A DNA stretch of 64,000 nucleotides, from positions 6,877-70,876 of the forward strand of contig DEAE01000016.1 of the NCBI GenBank assembly GCA_002347025.1, in the 5' to 3' direction. The notes below the pieces were generated by a model. It made no database searches and was not told the DNA's origin. It was given only the letters and a program-made list of their open reading frames with translations. The DNA comes from Acidobacteria bacterium UBA2990. Its GTDB lineage: Bacteria; Acidobacteriota; Vicinamibacteria; Vicinamibacterales; UBA8438. A program made the translations under genes and the position numbers. Position 1 is the first letter of the stretch. Each line of letters begins with the position of its first letter. Positions 19,250 through 27,662 of the stretch are shown piece after piece.

Positions 19250-20623
19250 TCACCCTTCTGCCTCGATTGTGGCCAACACCCGACGTAGTGAGGTTCCAAA
19301 GTCCAACTTGCTCGGGCATACAAAGCTACAAAGCGCCAGATCTTCTTCATCGAGTTCAAGACAGCCTAGTTCCTCTGCCCGTTCAACATCCTGCATCACG
19401 AGAGCCCGCAACAACGGTGTCGGGAACAAGTCCATCGGCATCACCCGCTCATAGAGACCAATTGGCACAATCGCACGGCGGGAACCATTGGTCGAAGTTG
19501 TGAATGCAAAGCGACGGCCCCCGGCCAGAATTGACAGAAAAGCCCTTGACGCAGAAAACTTGTCAAGACTAGGCACTAGCCAACCAAACAGCTCACGTTT
19601 ACGTCCCTCTCTGATGAGACAGACCTGGCGATGATAACGCCCCAGAAACCCGAGAACATCACCCCCAGCCAATCGCCCACCCAAAAGAGAGCCTGATATG
19701 ACCCGGACATCACCGTCTATCGGGTCATTACCAAGGATGTCTGTAATGGCTGCTCCCAGCCTGGTCCTAATCAGTCGGGGTTGTGGCTGAGCCGGCCCAG
19801 CTAGGGCAACTACGCGATCAACAGCCAACTCACCAGTGTCGAAAAGTCGGCCGATGGCAACCACATCTTGGTAGCCAACGTGCCAGACCTGTTTGTCACG
19901 ACCAACCGGATCAAGTCGATGAATGTGCAAACCGGGAGTCCCCGCTGGATGGGCACCGACGAACTCCTCGTGGCGTACCCAGTCAGCTACTGGCACGGGC
20001 ACGCCGCTCTGGGGAGCTGTGCACAGATACACCACTCCATCGGTCAATCTCGAGAGTGCAGCTAGACCGACCTCGAAGAGCCTGTGAGCCCCCTCGAGCA
20101 CAACATCCACACGAGGAGCCAATGGCTCCGTGTCCATGGCGGTAACAAAAATCGAGCTGGGCCGTAGGCCGGGATCAGCCACTCGACTGAAGGGTCTGGC
20201 TCGAACCGCCACCCACAGACCAGACTCAACGAGGAGTTCACGCACCTCGTCGCCGGAAAGCCCAAGTGGAGACCGACCAGAAAAAGCACTAAAGCTGACT
20301 CCAGCCCCCCCCCGCCCTTCTTGCTCATCTCGACTGAGTCCGATAACAAGAGACTGGAAGCTACGGCGCTCACCTCGGTTGATCGCCACCACCGTTCCAG
20401 CCGCTGGTGCTGTGTAGCGTACGCCCCGACGCTTCTTGTCCTCGAACAGCAACTGACCGCGGCGAACATCGTCGCCTTCAGTCACGTGCATCGTGGGGCG
20501 TAAGCCAACGTAATCTTCTGCCAACAAAGCGACCCTGCGTGTCATCCGGGCAGGAGCGATCATCTGCTCTGGCTCGCCAGCAGAAGGTAGCCGTAGTCCC
20601 TGGCGGATATTATGTAGGCCCAT
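19250..20623 (-). CDS. nqrA: Na+-NQR subunit A
   Basis: A 457-aa soluble subunit. The N-terminus has I..GL.LP..G.P and the C-terminus has the CxxxCPSK-like FVCPSK, typical of NqrA. It is the first gene of the operon. Confidence 0.9.
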   Translation of the reverse strand: MGLHNIRQGLRLPSAGEPEQMIAPARMTRRVALLAEDYVGLRPTMHVTEGDDVRRGQLLFEDKKRRGVRYTAPAAGTVVAINRGERRSFQSLVIGLSRDEQEGRGGAGVSFSAFSGRSPLGLSGDEVRELLVESGLWVAVRARPFSRVADPGLRPSSIFVTAMDTEPLAPRVDVVLEGAHRLFEVGLAALSRLTDGVVYLCTAPQSGVPVPVADWVRHEEFVGAHPAGTPGLHIHRLDPVGRDKQVWHVGYQDVVAIGRLFDTGELAVDRVVALAGPAQPQPRLIRTRLGAAITDILGNDPIDGDVRVISGSLLGGRLAGGDVLGFLGRYHRQVCLIREGRKRELFGWLVPSLDKFSASRAFLSILAGGRRFAFTTSTNGSRRAIVPIGLYERVMPMDLFPTPLLRALVMQDVERAEELGCLELDEEDLALCSFVCPSKLDFGTSLRRVLATIEAEG

Positions 20624-20691
20624 GCTTACTCGGTGGAGACCTCTGAACGTCGGGCATATTCAGATTGTGAAAATTTTCTCAAACTCAGTCA

Positions 20692-20719
20692 GAAAAAACG
20701 CCGTCGAGTTTTCGACGGC
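20692..20719 (-). terminator. intrinsic-terminator-like hairpin inside the nqrA 5' leader (possible attenuator)
   Basis: The minus strand reads GCCGTCGA-AAAC-TCGACGGC, a perfect 8-bp stem at 20700..20719, followed by G-TTTTTT-CTGA. The element lies about 70 nt upstream of the nqrA ATG, and no minus-strand gene ends just upstream of it. Confidence 0.5.
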
Positions 20720-21087
20720 CAGCAGCCTCGCTTTCGATCCCCGATGTCGCATCCTACAGGATGCCTGTATGGCAAGTCAATTTACACATATCCAAACCTT
20801 CCTAATCTCATGTAACTCCAAAAACGACAGACGTTTAACCTTGACTTGTCAAGCAAGCGCGGGATAGGCTGGCCGGAGTAGGTTACGAGTTCACAGGCAG
20901 CCTTAAAGCACTGTGATATTTAGCCGGTAGCCCTAGAATGTTTGATTAGTTGTGTCATGATGGCTTAAATCTATAGAAGTTGTCCATGGAAGCATCCAAA
21001 GGCCTCCGAGCCGGCCAAAAGCCAGCAGTGTAGACCACCCCCTGGATGAGAGTTCAACCTTCTGACCAAAGAAACTAGGCCCAAAAC

Positions 21088-21288
21088 GTGCGTATCACCG
21101 TAAACGGCGACCCTTACGAATTGGACCAACCAATAACCATAAGCCGCTTACTCACCCGTCTTGAAATCGATCCGCGACGTGTAGCCATTGAGCACAACCT
21201 CGTTGTCGTTAAACGAGCCACCTACGGCTCAGTCACCCTCCAGTCTGGAGATGAGGTCGAGATCGTCAACTTTGTTGGCGGTGGGTAA
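21088..21288 (+). CDS. thiS: sulfur-carrier protein ThiS
   Basis: A 66-aa product, I.VNG......ITI..LL..L........A.E.N..VV.R......L..GD.VEIV.FVGGG, with a C-terminal Gly-Gly. It has a GTG start and lies directly upstream of thiG. Confidence 0.88.
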   Translation: MRITVNGDPYELDQPITISRLLTRLEIDPRRVAIEHNLVVVKRATYGSVTLQSGDEVEIVNFVGGG

Positions 21289-21300
21289 ATCAAATCGCCA

Positions 21301-22095
21301 ATGACACCAAATACACAGAATGACTCACTCGTAATCGCGGGCAAGACTTTCTCGTCGCGTCTGATTGTTGGCACTGGCAAATATCCCTCTCACGAGATCA
21401 TGCGGCAGGCCCATGAAGCCTCAGAAGCCACCCTCATTACCGTCGCAGTCCGCCGAGTCAATTTGACCGATCGCAACCAAGAATCGCTCCTTGATTTCAT
21501 CGACAGGGATAGGTTCGTACTCCTGCCTAATACAGCTGGTTGCTATACCGCCGAGGATGCCATTCGTACAGCGCACCTTGCCAGAGAAGTCGGGCTGTCT
21601 GAGTGGATAAAGCTGGAAGTAATCGGTGATGAACGTACCCTATTTCCTGACAACGCTGGCTTACTTGAAGCTACCAGAGCGCTAGCTAAAGAAGGCTTCG
21701 TCGTCCTACCCTACACCAATGACGATCCCGTGGCCTGTCGAAAACTGGAAGATGCTGGAGCAGCAGCTGTCATGCCACTTGGAGCGCCGATCGGTTCTGG
21801 TCTTGGCATTCAGAACCAGAACAACATTCAAATCATCCGCGAGTTTTCAAGAGTCCCGGTAATAGTCGACGCCGGTGTTGGAACAGCCTCAGATGCTGCA
21901 GTTGCCATGGAACTTGGGGCCGATGGGGTCCTGATGAATACCGCGATCGCCGGGGCTAAAGATCCAGTTGCCATGGCCGATGCCATGAAATTCGCCGTCA
22001 TAGCCGGCCGGAGAGCCTACCAGGCTGGACGGATAGTTCGACGCAGATACGCAACCGCTAGCAGTCCCCCAGAAGGCCTAGTCACAAACCCTTGA
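21301..22095 (+). CDS. thiG: thiazole synthase
   Basis: The 264-aa product shows L.I.GK.F.SRL.VGTGKY, LPNTAGC.TAE.A, KLEVIGD and VMPL.APIGSG.G, all ThiG hallmarks. Confidence 0.95.
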   Translation: MTPNTQNDSLVIAGKTFSSRLIVGTGKYPSHEIMRQAHEASEATLITVAVRRVNLTDRNQESLLDFIDRDRFVLLPNTAGCYTAEDAIRTAHLAREVGLSEWIKLEVIGDERTLFPDNAGLLEATRALAKEGFVVLPYTNDDPVACRKLEDAGAAAVMPLGAPIGSGLGIQNQNNIQIIREFSRVPVIVDAGVGTASDAAVAMELGADGVLMNTAIAGAKDPVAMADAMKFAVIAGRRAYQAGRIVRRRYATASSPPEGLVTNP

Positions 22096-22289
22096 TCTCC
22101 TAACCCCAGGTCCCACGCACCGCCTACTCGCTGGGACCCCGCAGAGTATCAACTGCTGGCCGTCTATTGTTCGAGGTTGGGGACACCCGGTCAGCTGCGC
22201 CGACTGCTGCTTGCTGCGGAAGCCCTCCAGAGCCAATTTGTCACGAACAACTGCAATGCCCTTGATACAACCGTCTGCTAGCTATTGGA

Positions 22290-24353
22290 CTACGGGTCAT
22301 AGAAGGTCCACCGCACACCTGGTCCCAGTTCTCGAGTGTCCTCCTCCCCATAATCGATCGGCCGCCAGGTTCGACTCACCCAAGTCTCGATGACTACACT
22401 ATTTTGCCTGGCTTGGCGCCGCACCATAAGGCTAACCGGTTCGCTATTCTCCCGCAGGCTGTAGAGTGCCAACTTACCATCAATCCAGATCTTCAGCTCC
22501 ACTGGGTGTCGACCGGCATCTGGATGATGTACCCAGGCCGACAGCTCAATTAGTGCCCCGGACACTGGCACGACAGCCGCAGCGCGCCCAGCCGCCCATC
22601 GAAAACCATTATTAGCCCTGTCCGTTTCTTCATCGTAGAACCCATAGCCATAGTCCCAACCCGCCCGTTGTGCCCGGAAAGGAACTCGTAATTCAGACCC
22701 AGACAGGTAAGCCAATCCACCGGCATGGGTAAGCGCCACCACCCAAACACCGATCCAAAGCCGACGACTAACGCGTGGTGAAAAACTTTGGGGAATGTGA
22801 CCCACGAGTAGGGCATACCAAAAGGCCAGGGTCCAGAAAGTCAATGCAAGTGCTGGATTCTGCGTTGGCATACCAACTAGGGACGCCAAGCCCAACGCTA
22901 CTAAGGCACCACGAACAAGGCGGGCTGAGGACCCAGCAGCAATCAGACGCCTATCGGCGAGAAGCCTTAAAAACATCCATACCCACACCAGCCATCCCAC
23001 GCTACCTAACAAACCGAATTCAACCAGCTGGTGGCGAAACCAATTCTGCGCATTGTCCGGCACGACTCTCCCATAACCGAGAAGTGCGGCTACATCGGGA
23101 CTAATCACATTAAAGGCTCCAACCCCCACACCAACGAGTGGGTTCTCCAGGAACATCTGCGTAGCAGCAGCCCCGTAACCATTACGATTCCACAGCTCAA
23201 CTATCAATTCACCAACAGACACCCATGACAGAGACGGCAGCATTGGTAGGAGACGTTGCCAAGGTCCGACCATCGCCGAATTCATTGCCACTAATGAAAC
23301 TACAACCAGGCAACCAGACACCAGACCGGTGGACAGACGACCTCTTCTCCCAAATATCCTGGATTCACGTGCAGCACACCGCAACAGGACAAGCAGTACC
23401 AACAAACCTGCTATCAAGGCAGAACGGGACCCAGACACCCAAATGCCGTACCAAGACGCCGCTAGGACCAAGCCAACCAGCCAGACTGTGGCATCAGTCC
23501 GAGACCCAGCCTTCTCCTCATCCTTCCGCCCATGAGAAGCAAGAACCATGCAGATTCCGATTGCCCCCCACAACGCTGCCAGCATTCCGAATGGATTTGC
23601 ATCCATCAACATGCCAGACGAACGTCTTAAGACAGCCCAGTGGCCGGCATTAATAAAACCCGGATCCACCAGAGACTGATAGATACCCACGGACATAGAC
23701 ATCATCCAACCAACTGCTAATGGAAGGATAATGACCTTCTGAAATTGAGAGACACGGGCTCGCTGAAATTTCCCACACAACCAATCAAACCAGAGTATTC
23801 CGACACCGTGGGTCAACACGACCGACAGGAGCCAGAGATTTGCCGTCACCGGCGGCACACCAACCCCGTTGTTGGCCAGTCCGGCAGTACTACGCACCAG
23901 CTCTGGGGCGAAATCTAACTCACGCCACCAAACCACTGGCCACGATAAAGCTACCACCAAGCTCCACGATGCCAAGGGAACTCGCCAAACCCCTGGCAAG
24001 GTCCAGCGAGTCGGGTCACTCGTCCCCACCATTACGCCGACTAATCCGGCGAACCAAGGGGCTAAATCCCAAGAGCCAAAACTCCCCAACCAGAGGGCCA
24101 ACAAACCAGGTGCCAAGTAGCTGAAGGCAAGCAACATCTGGGTTGTAGCTGTCCGGAAGATACGAGCTGCTAGAAAAGCGCCAACTAAAGCCAGCAGGCT
24201 TAGCCACGCCAACGGCGGCCAAACAGCGACAGACCGTACCATCAGTGTTCCCCCTGTTAGAAGGGAGCCGACGAGGACCAGCTTAGTGCTGCGCTCGATC
24301 CACTCTGTCGCGAATGTAAGACGATTCGAGCTTTCAGCCCTCTGATCGGACAT
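22290..24353 (-). CDS. large O-antigen-ligase/polymerase-like (Wzy_C-type) membrane protein with soluble C-terminal domain
   Basis: The product is 687 aa with at least 12 hydrophobic segments and a central SGSRSALIAG loop, as in WaaL/Wzy_C proteins. The last ~130 aa are hydrophilic and look beta-rich. It is the last gene of the glycan supercluster. Confidence 0.6.
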   Translation of the reverse strand: MSDQRAESSNRLTFATEWIERSTKLVLVGSLLTGGTLMVRSVAVWPPLAWLSLLALVGAFLAARIFRTATTQMLLAFSYLAPGLLALWLGSFGSWDLAPWFAGLVGVMVGTSDPTRWTLPGVWRVPLASWSLVVALSWPVVWWRELDFAPELVRSTAGLANNGVGVPPVTANLWLLSVVLTHGVGILWFDWLCGKFQRARVSQFQKVIILPLAVGWMMSMSVGIYQSLVDPGFINAGHWAVLRRSSGMLMDANPFGMLAALWGAIGICMVLASHGRKDEEKAGSRTDATVWLVGLVLAASWYGIWVSGSRSALIAGLLVLLVLLRCAARESRIFGRRGRLSTGLVSGCLVVVSLVAMNSAMVGPWQRLLPMLPSLSWVSVGELIVELWNRNGYGAAATQMFLENPLVGVGVGAFNVISPDVAALLGYGRVVPDNAQNWFRHQLVEFGLLGSVGWLVWVWMFLRLLADRRLIAAGSSARLVRGALVALGLASLVGMPTQNPALALTFWTLAFWYALLVGHIPQSFSPRVSRRLWIGVWVVALTHAGGLAYLSGSELRVPFRAQRAGWDYGYGFYDEETDRANNGFRWAAGRAAAVVPVSGALIELSAWVHHPDAGRHPVELKIWIDGKLALYSLRENSEPVSLMVRRQARQNSVVIETWVSRTWRPIDYGEEDTRELGPGVRWTFYDP

Positions 24354-24357
24354 GGTC

Positions 24358-25500
24358 CTATATGAGCGAACGAAGTGCCAGGGAGATTAAACGGGGCTGC
24401 GCCAAACACAATCGAACCAAGATACGCCCTGCTTCATCCCGAGTATGGGTGCCCAAAATATCTAACACCTCTGGATTGAGTACGTCGAGCAATACTTCAT
24501 AATCGCTCTGGCTAAAGTGCCCAAGAGTACGCCGAACGAAACGGTGCCAATCAAGTTCCCATCGTAGGCCTCGCAAGACTCCACTGCTGCGACCCTGAAG
24601 AATTGTCTCGGCCACACCAAGCGCCCCACGGAAACCCGTCACAATGCCACCAACTGTCGTCACCTTGACATGAGCCGCCGCGTCCCCAACCAAGTAGATG
24701 TCAGCCCCACCCAACCGGCGCAATGGTTGTAGCCACTTTGTGTAGCGAGGAATTCGAGCAGCCTGAAATTCTAGTGGCTCCAAATGATGACGTTCCAGAA
24801 ATTGCTCTAGGTATTGCCGCGTGTCTGAACCTTCTTCACCAATCAGACCAAGAGCGCCTTGGGTGGGAGATTCCGGGATCAGCCAGTAAAAATAGGGGGT
24901 GTCGTCTGGTTGAAACCACACTCGAGTAGTGTCTGGCGGCAAATCTTGAGGCAAACGGACGATGGCTTGGACCAGTGGCACAGTCTGTGGCGCTGGCCAC
25001 CCAGCCGCGTGGGCTACGCGACTGAAGGTTCCATCGGCTCCAATAACAGTGGTCGCATTCAGCTCCTCAGGTTTACCGCTTCGACCAACCTCAAGGGCGA
25101 CGCCGTCGTGGGTTCCACGAAGGGTGCGAACACGGCACCCCATACGCAGTTTGACACCGGCAGCCAAAGCTTGTTCAACGAGACCTTCGTGTAAAACCGA
25201 TCGCTCCACCACCAAGTCTGGTTCTGACAGCGGGACAGTGGCCACCCTACCGTTAGTCATCAATTCAAAACGATTGATGATATTAACGACCGACCGATCA
25301 CCTGACTTTCCCAAAAGATCACGCATCCTCCGGGTGACAATAAGCGTGCGTGGTTCTGGCGCCCAGTGACTAGCTCCCTCCAATAAAGTGACAGCACGTC
25401 CCCCCCGGGCCAACAACATCCCGGCGTAAAGACCGGTCACCGAACCGCCGACTACTGTCACCGGCCTAGACGCCGCACTGCCACTAGAGTGCTCTATCAT
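24358..25500 (-). CDS. FAD-dependent oxidoreductase, geranylgeranyl-reductase-like
   Basis: It has an N-terminal GxGxxG (VVGGSVTGLYAGMLLARGGRAVTLLE) and a late LVGDAAAHVKVTTVGGI motif, typical of the geranylgeranyl reductase / FixC flavoprotein family. Confidence 0.65.
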   Translation of the reverse strand: MIEHSSGSAASRPVTVVGGSVTGLYAGMLLARGGRAVTLLEGASHWAPEPRTLIVTRRMRDLLGKSGDRSVVNIINRFELMTNGRVATVPLSEPDLVVERSVLHEGLVEQALAAGVKLRMGCRVRTLRGTHDGVALEVGRSGKPEELNATTVIGADGTFSRVAHAAGWPAPQTVPLVQAIVRLPQDLPPDTTRVWFQPDDTPYFYWLIPESPTQGALGLIGEEGSDTRQYLEQFLERHHLEPLEFQAARIPRYTKWLQPLRRLGGADIYLVGDAAAHVKVTTVGGIVTGFRGALGVAETILQGRSSGVLRGLRWELDWHRFVRRTLGHFSQSDYEVLLDVLNPEVLDILGTHTRDEAGRILVRLCLAQPRLISLALRSLI

Positions 25501-25502
25501 CC

Positions 25503-26567
25503 CTAAGAAGTCGGTTCTTGACGTTCGAACGGCGCGAGTTCAAGCCAGATGAGCGCTCCCACAGAGCAGAACCCTACAGCTCCTACCACTAAGCCGCTAA
25601 CAGGAGGCCCGAACAAGACAAGCAACCAGGCTAGCAAGCCTCCCAATATCCCGCATATATAAAGCACACTAACCGCTTGGCGATGACTCAACCCAAGTGC
25701 TACGAGCCGATGCGCCGTGTGATCTTTTCCAGGGGAGGCGAATGGAACCAGCCCACGCCGAAGCCGGGACACCGTTACTAAAGTCGTGTCAAATATTGGC
25801 ACGAGTAGCACCAAAATCGGCACCATCCAACTCACAGAAGGTGCAGTGTCTGGAAAACGAAGCTTGATGCTAAGGGTGGCCGCGATGAGCCCTAACAACA
25901 TGGCACCACCGTCGCCCAAGAATATACGGGCCGGTGCAGCATTCCACCAAAGAAAGCCGAGCGACGCTCCTAAAGTCGCTGCAGCCATCGTGCCGACCAA
26001 CACTTGTCCAGCTGCGGCGGCAAAAGAGAAAGAAAACGCTGCCACGATAGCCGCGATCCCAGCACACAGGCCATCCATATGGTCGAGAATGCTAAAAGCA
26101 GCGATGATCCCAACAAACCAGACAAAAGAAACAGCAAAGTCGAGCCAAGCCCCAGGCCAACCCAACACCGGCAGCACTGTTACAGGATGAAAAATTTCAC
26201 TGTGCATGTCGGTAGCAATCAAAATGACTGCGGCAAATGGCATCGCCAGCATTAGCTTAACCTGGTGGTGCAACATGCCTCGGTCGTCCAGCATACCGAC
26301 CACCAGAGCGAGGGTTGATGCTACAAAGATTCCCAACATCTGCGACCACTCGTCATCAGTCACAAAAACGCTAATCGAAAACACCGCAGCCAGATATACG
26401 GCCAAACCACCAAGTACCGGCATCGGTGTTGCGTGCAATTTTCTCGGACCTGGCGTATCGACCAGTCCGAACCGGAAAGCAAGGTCTCGAGCAGCAGGCG
26501 TAAAGGTCGCCGCTGCAAGAAAGGCGGCGGTGCACGCCAATAGATCAGTCATCAAGATTTTGGTCAT
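25503..26567 (-). CDS. polyprenyl-phosphate N-acetylhexosamine-1-phosphate transferase (MraY/WecA family, GT4 of the PNPT superfamily)
   Basis: A polytopic membrane protein with LDD...L....KL, DHMDGL.AG and F.GD.GAM.LG motifs. Confidence 0.85.
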   Translation of the reverse strand: MTKILMTDLLACTAAFLAAATFTPAARDLAFRFGLVDTPGPRKLHATPMPVLGGLAVYLAAVFSISVFVTDDEWSQMLGIFVASTLALVVGMLDDRGMLHHQVKLMLAMPFAAVILIATDMHSEIFHPVTVLPVLGWPGAWLDFAVSFVWFVGIIAAFSILDHMDGLCAGIAAIVAAFSFSFAAAAGQVLVGTMAAATLGASLGFLWWNAAPARIFLGDGGAMLLGLIAATLSIKLRFPDTAPSVSWMVPILVLLVPIFDTTLVTVSRLRRGLVPFASPGKDHTAHRLVALGLSHRQAVSVLYICGILGGLLAWLLVLFGPPVSGLVVGAVGFCSVGALIWLELAPFERQEPTS

Positions 26568-27628
26568 GGACGGCTAGAAGCAACGTCGAGGTCAACGAGC
26601 GGTAACCGCTCCCTCTCAATCAAATCAAATAACGGTTGCGAATCACTCAATAATCTAGGGTGCAGGCTCGCCGTGGAGGACTCAGGTATATCAACTCCCA
26701 CGTCATTCCGCAGGAAATAGGCATTCGCACCACGAGGTTCAACAAGTACAAGGCGGTATCCCTTGTCGCGACCTAGTCGCGCCAACGCCGCCAGCGAGGC
26801 TCCATAGAAATGCATGGTCAGAGACTTATAGTGCGCTCGGTCAAACGCAGGATCATACTGCACTGTGACTACTCGCTCTGGTCCGAAGGCTGGATTGAAT
26901 TCGGCGATGATCATCCGAGGCGAACAGACCGTCAGCGCCTTCCACACCCAATAGTCTGTTCCGTCAAGATCAATACTGAGCAAATCGATCTCACCTGATA
27001 GACCCCCGTCTCGCACGAGAGCATTAACATTATCAGCAGTAATCCATCCTCCATGGACGGACACTCCAAAACGTCCAAAACGTCCGGACAACCTTTGAGC
27101 CCGCCTCCTGCTGCCATCCACCATTAGACCAGTCCAGCCACATGTCTCAACCAAGAATCCTGAATTGCCACCGTTGACACCAGCCCCTAATTCCACAAAT
27201 CTGCGATTAGTGTCACCAATGAGTTTGAATAGCGCTAACGTAATGCCATCTTCCTCGTTTTGCGACAATAAATGGAACCGCTGCGACAGAACATTATGCG
27301 GAAACTCCAACCTCCCTTGGTCGACATACTGGTGACGAATCAGCGCATGCAAGTTGCGTTCGATATGCCTTAATCGACCGTCGACACCGCGATGGCCCAA
27401 CTGAGCCTCGAGTCGATCCAGTTGTGTATATATCCGCTGCAATTGGCCGATTTCTTTTGCAAGGTGCTTTTGTTGACGCACCAAAACATTAAGTCGCTCC
27501 TGCATATCTATCTGCCCGGCCCGTGACGCCAAGCCTAGTGCTTCAAGAGCAACCCTTCGGAAACGTCGACACCACAACACCAGCGTATGCATCAGACGGT
27601 TGTCCACCCGCCTGCAAAACACGGCCAC
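26564..27628 (-). CDS. family C paralog 1: N-terminal coiled coil + FkbM-like SAM-methyltransferase-like domain
   Basis: The key sequence is SQNEEDGITLALF..IG.TNRRFVELGAGVNGGNSGFL....GWTGLMVDG ... IDLLSIDLDGTDYWVWKAL. It is paralogous to 46705..47655 and 55476..56441. The true start is uncertain (M1, M13 or M42). It overlaps the WecA-like gene by ATGA. Confidence 0.6.
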   Translation of the reverse strand: MAVFCRRVDNRLMHTLVLWCRRFRRVALEALGLASRAGQIDMQERLNVLVRQQKHLAKEIGQLQRIYTQLDRLEAQLGHRGVDGRLRHIERNLHALIRHQYVDQGRLEFPHNVLSQRFHLLSQNEEDGITLALFKLIGDTNRRFVELGAGVNGGNSGFLVETCGWTGLMVDGSRRRAQRLSGRFGRFGVSVHGGWITADNVNALVRDGGLSGEIDLLSIDLDGTDYWVWKALTVCSPRMIIAEFNPAFGPERVVTVQYDPAFDRAHYKSLTMHFYGASLAALARLGRDKGYRLVLVEPRGANAYFLRNDVGVDIPESSTASLHPRLLSDSQPLFDLIERERLPLVDLDVASSRP

Positions 27629-27662
27629 AATCGGGTTCCCCGATCCAAAAAATTCCTAGCTT

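Noticed and set aside
20305-20313. Nine-nucleotide C/G homopolymer inside nqrA (encodes ..GRGGAG..), and a T9/A9 run at 5754..5762 in the lipoprotein signal peptide (FFF)
   Set aside because: Both are in frame in intact, long ORFs of housekeeping genes. There is no evidence of phase variation. They are more relevant as sequencing-error hotspots than as biology.
20880-21087. Possible TPP (THI-box) riboswitch upstream of thiS-thiG
   Set aside because: I looked for the near-invariant CUGAGA ... ACCUGAUCUGGAUAAUGCCAGCG core. Only a loose 'gatgagagttcaaccttctgacc' is present and the 3' half of the motif is missing. I am not confident enough to call it. An Rfam scan would settle it.
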